Assembly (NCBI GenBank): GCA_000388065.2
Contig: KB932207.1
Source of the DNA: Fonticula alba ATCC 38817
Taxonomy: Eukaryota; Protista; Nucleariida
Direction: 5' to 3' (one strand)
DNA length: 64,000 bases
The first letter of the stretch is position 1. Each line of letters starts with the position of its first letter. Positions 59,687 through 64,000 of this stretch are shown here, one piece after another. The translations under genes and the position numbers were made by a program. Below the pieces are notes generated by a model, which was given only the letters and a program-made list of their open reading frames with translations, did no database searches and was not told the DNA's origin.

Positions 59687-60687
59687 CACGCCCACAGCGG
59701 CCAGAAGGCAATGCTATCATGCAGGGCCCCATGGACATTGGCAAACGCACCATCGCGAGAGAGGGCCACAGACAGGATGGACTCGATGAAGGCCAGGGTC
59801 TTGGCATGGTTGAAGGCATTCTGATCGCGCAGGACCACCCGCTCGAAGTGGCGTCGGATGATGGCGCGCGCCCGGAGGGTGGGCGGCAGCCGCGGCCCGA
59901 GGATCCGGAAGTGCCCGTCATCCCCCTCACTGGCCAGGTTCAAGTAGGACACGATGGCCCCTCGAGCGTCGGGGGTCAGGAGCCGAGCTCGACGGTCAGC
60001 CACCCACAGGTGAGCCCCTCGCCGGCCGGAATACGCCCAGAGAGTCCGCTCAAAGCCGAAGTCCTCCCGGAGGGCAGTGGTCAGGATGTCCCCGGCGCAG
60101 GCGATATACCCGAAGCACCGGCGGCAGCACTGCTTGCCACTGCAGCAGGACCGGGCCCGGTCGTAGTCATCCATATCAATATCAAAGACCAGCTCGCGCT
60201 CCAGAGGGAGGGAGGCCGAGAGGAAGGCTGTCTTGCCGGAGGCGGGGCGGTTGAGGTTGGGTGGCTGTGCATCGACACGCGGGGGAGCCAACGAACGAGG
60301 GGGTTAGATGAAGGGTTGGAAGGAATAGGGGGCATGAGCGGGGCAGAGAGGGAGAGGGAGAGAGAGAGAGAGAGGGGGGGGGAGGGAGATGAATGAAATG
60401 AGCGTGGACGCACCCGCGGGTGAATGGCCCCCACCTCAAAGCGGACCGTGTGGTCAGCGATGATGGCCCGACGGAGGGCCCCCGAGTCCAAGAAAGACAG
60501 ATGTCGGCGGAAGATCTCGGTCCCCGGCGCCGCGCCGGAGGGCTGCAGGACGATGGCAAATTCACGCCGGGCAAGATAGTGCGAGGCGGCTGCCGGCCGA
60601 GGGGCAGGGGAGCCATGCGGCGTGGGATGTGAGGAAGGTGAGAGGAGGAGAGGGAGGACTGGCCGAGGTGCCTCAAGGCGGGTAGAG

Positions 60688-60721
<34 letters not shown>

Positions 60722-61015
60722 AGGGAGGGAGAGGGGGAGGGGGGGCGCGGGAATGGGGGGGGGGAGGGCGTGGGCTGTGCGACAACATGGACACGCACAG
60801 GCGCTGATGACCGCCGAGGAGAAGGACTCGGTGGCCTCCTGCTTGATCTTGCTTGGCGGCACCTCGGCCGGATAACTCAGCCACTGGACCAGCTGGTTGA
60901 AGGGGAAGAGGTTGCGGTAGTAACTGACCAGCTCTTCGCGCTGGATCGGCTCGAAAGCGGGCTCCGGCTCGGCTGGGGCCCGGGGCGCGGGGAGCGAGCT
61001 GATCGTCGCGGCCAT
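59104..61015 (-). CDS. PRI1: DNA primase small (catalytic) subunit, 4 exons
   Basis: YYRNLFPF...WLSY, RREF, ELVFDIDMDDY (catalytic DxD), CCSGKQCCRRC (Zn site), YSGRRGAHLW and PRLDVQVT...NHLLKSPFCVHPATGRICV. Three GT-AG introns are in phase. Confidence 0.96.
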
Positions 61016-64000
61016 TCTATCAGCGGGCGATGAAAGACAGGAGCGGGTAGGAGGATCCGGTGGTAGGTGGCAGGAGGGGGGGAGTAGGGAGAGGGGGGAG
61101 GGGATCTGAGTGCGGCCAGAGGCAATGGGCAGGCCTTCGGGGGGGCGGCTGAAAGGCGCATCCCAGTGGTGGTGGGGTACAGTGAGCATGGCCGCGCCGA
61201 GGGGGGGGGGGGGGGGGGGGGGAGGCGGGGTGCTCGGGAAGGAGTGATCGGCCGGACTCCTGGACGGAGCCTCCCCCGAAGATGCCGGGCTCCCTCGGGT
61301 GGGCGGGGCCGACACCCCGCCCCGGAGAGGAACCGGGGTGGCCAGGACGCGGCGGGAAGTTTGGATTGGGCGAACCGTTATCAGGGCGTGATCAGCTCCG
61401 CGGCACGTGCTCTCGTTGGAACGAGCGAATGCCAGCGGCCTCGCAGCGGATGCCACACGCGCATACACACGCCCTCCCGGGCCGCGAGACGCCATCTTGG
61501 GTGCGAGGCGGGGCGCGGGGGCGGGACAAGGCCGAGGGCCAGGATAGGCGCGCTCCAAGGCGGCACGGCCGCCCTGGGATCAGGGTTTAGAAAGGCGATG
61601 CCCGCATCGGGGTGTGCCGACGCTCAGGTTCTGCGCCTGGGCTGAACAGCGGGTGCAGGCATCCGGCGAGGCCAAGGTGCCAACGGGGAGACCGGTCCAA
61701 CGGCCGGCGAAACCGCCGCCCCGCCAGCGGCATCAGGAGGAACAACACACCAACCGGGGGAAAAGGATGTATTAATAATGCGCTGGTTGCCCAAGCTGCC
61801 TCGGAGATGGTCCATCCTTCGCTGGAGAGCCCTTTTGTTTTTCCCCAGGACAGGCTCTGTGTGCCCGGGACCGGGCGTGTGTTGTTGGGTGCTGGCTGCG
61901 CGACCGTGCGTGTGCTTATGTCAAGCAGCGCACTTGCCCAGGGACCTGTGGGATCGCCCTGGCCCCGGGGGACCGAGGTGGGATTAGCGCACCGGCAAGT
62001 GCCCAGAAGCAGCGCCACAACACAAGAGAGCCCCCTCTGGCTGGGGACGGCCGGGGGGAGGGGAGGATCTTCGCTTCGTCTCCCCGGGCCCTAGGTTCCC
62101 TGGGTTCTCGCAGTTCCCCCTGCTCCCTTTCCCCGGGGGGGGGGGGGGGAACCGGCGGCCCCCGCGCCGAGCGGGTGTTCGTGTTGGCACGGTACGCTCG
62201 GCGTTCAAAGGGGCACTGCCTCGCCGCAACGCACAAAGCACGTCTTCAGCAGGGGGGGGGGGCGGGGGCGAATGCGCGCCCACTGAGACGTGCCCGGCGA
62301 GTCCGCCCGCGGCGCGAAAGCGGTTCTGGCGATCCCGGTCTCGTGGACTATACAAGCTGGTAGACCTGGGACGCGGCGTGTGCGTGCCAGATCGCCAGCG
62401 GCCGAGCGGCCCCTGCACGCGTGTGTCCCCCTCTGCCGCGGTTGGTGACACCTGCGCCCTTGTGCCCGGGGGGGAGGGGGCGGGGGGCGGGGGGGGGGAC
62501 AGACACACCGAGCGGGAGAGAGAGAGAGACAGAGGCCTTGGGGGCCGAGAACGAAGGACGACGGGGCTCGGACGGGGAAAGACAGAGCCGGGGCCGGCAG
62601 CAGGTGCAGATAGCCGGGCGCATGCGTCAGGGTTCCAGCGAAGCATGCTTCCTGGGGGGGGGGGCGGGGGGCAGGCCGGGAACTGGGGAAGCACGCGCAT
62701 CCGCCGCGTGTCTACGCGCAAACTCCTCTCGCCCATTCGCGCGTGCTCTCTCTCCCCCTCCCTCTCTCTCTCTCTCGCTGAGTCTTCTGTCTCCCGGTCT
62801 TGCCCCCTGTCTGCCCATCATCCTCGGTCTTCGTGGCCGCTGGATTTCCCGCCGGGTCCCTCGGCCTGGGGGACGTCCCTCCACATGGTTGGGGAATGCC
62901 TCGTCTCCGGGGCGAGTGTCCTGCCGGTCCCGGCGCCTCCCACCAACCGCCCACCCGGCGGGGCTTCGGCATTCTAGGGTCGTCCTGCGGGCCGGGCGGG
63001 GGGGGGGCAGGCGAGCACGAGGTGGCAGAGCGGCGCCGGGAGCGCGCCCGGCCAGCCCCCTTTCCTGCCTACTAACCTCCGTGCCTCCTCGGCCAGTTTC
63101 CAGCGTGCGCTCCGTCCCCCCCCCCACCCCCTACCTTCGGCCCCCGGAAGGGCGCGAGAGCCGCTGAATACTATTTCTCCAGTCTCTCCCTTTGCATTGT
63201 CTCCGGCATCCTGCGGAGGCCTTCGGCTGTGTCTTTTTTTTTTGTGGCCCTGCCCCCCNNNNNNNNNNCCCCCCCCCCCCCTCCGGCCCCCAAGACTGTC
63301 CCGTGCGCGCCAGTTCTCCCCGGCCCCGGGCCTCTGGCCCCATTGGGCGACGATCTGTCTTACTGGGGTGCGGAAACGCCACCGGGGGCCGGGCGTGGGG
63401 CATCGAGGGGATACTCTGCTCCAGCCCGTGTTTGGCTGGGATCTCTGCCGGTCTCTGTCCCTCGTCCGGCGTGTGCCAGCCCGCCTTGGTGCGCGCCACT
63501 GGCCAGTCCCCGCATGCTCGCACCGCCATGCGCCCGTTCCGGCCCGGCCCGGCCCGGTCCCCCCCTCCCCCCCCAGCTGCCGAGGCCGCGCCGGCGCCGG
63601 CAAAATGCCCATTTTTGCCCACAGCAAGTGGCCTCGCCTCCGCATGACCAAGTTCCGTCCTGAGGGATATCCCTCCCCCCCCGTCCCCCCGAGCCCCGAC
63701 TCGCCCGGCTATTTCTTCCTAGCATGTGCCCATGTGTGTAAGTGACTGTGGAGAGGCTCGCGCGCGCGCGCGCGCGCGTGTGTGTATGTCCGCGTCAGGC
63801 GCATGTTGTCCCCTTGTGTGGCCAGCGGCTTCCCGCACCCTTGGCTCCCCATTTTCCCCCGCCACTCAGCTGTTCGCTGTGGTTCTCTCGCTCTCCCTCT
63901 CTCCTTCGCACACACGCACACACACACGCAGAGTCTGTCTTCCACGCGCCTGGGCCAGACCCACAGGTGGGCTAGGCCGAATCTTCCGGCCGCCCCCGTG

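Overview
Very GC-rich, intron-containing eukaryotic genomic DNA from a draft scaffold. N gaps lie at about 1762-2107, 10652-10703, 20372-21352, 23033-23493, 37347-37405, 38932-39557 and 53234-53448, with two 10-nt gaps near 57140 and 63260. Gene content, Ala/Gly/Pro low-complexity inserts, poly-C/G tracts and microsatellite-filled introns suggest an amoeboid opisthokont such as Fonticula alba (inference, not proven). I spliced genes by hand from donor/branch/acceptor motifs and recalled family motifs. Genes found: kynureninase (-); a giant ankyrin-REM-CDC25 RasGEF (-); a small orphan ORF (+); an intronless protein with six variant CCHC zinc-knuckle repeats (+); gamma-secretase subunit PEN-2 (-), whose first intron is a non-canonical AT-AC intron; probable TRAPPC10/Trs130 (+); a bacterial-type alkyl-sulfatase MBL core with long extensions (+); divergent tRNA-Lys(CTT) and tRNA-Leu(CAG); an orphan gene (-); a 2xEGF type-I membrane protein (-); U4 snRNA (+); VLCFA 3-ketoacyl-CoA reductase (-); DNA primase small subunit (-). 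Most long ORFs in the supplied track are GC shadows or run through N gaps. The top leads are the AT-AC intron with a U2-like donor, the Gag-like six-knuckle protein and the putatively horizontally acquired sulfatase fusion. No database searches were run.
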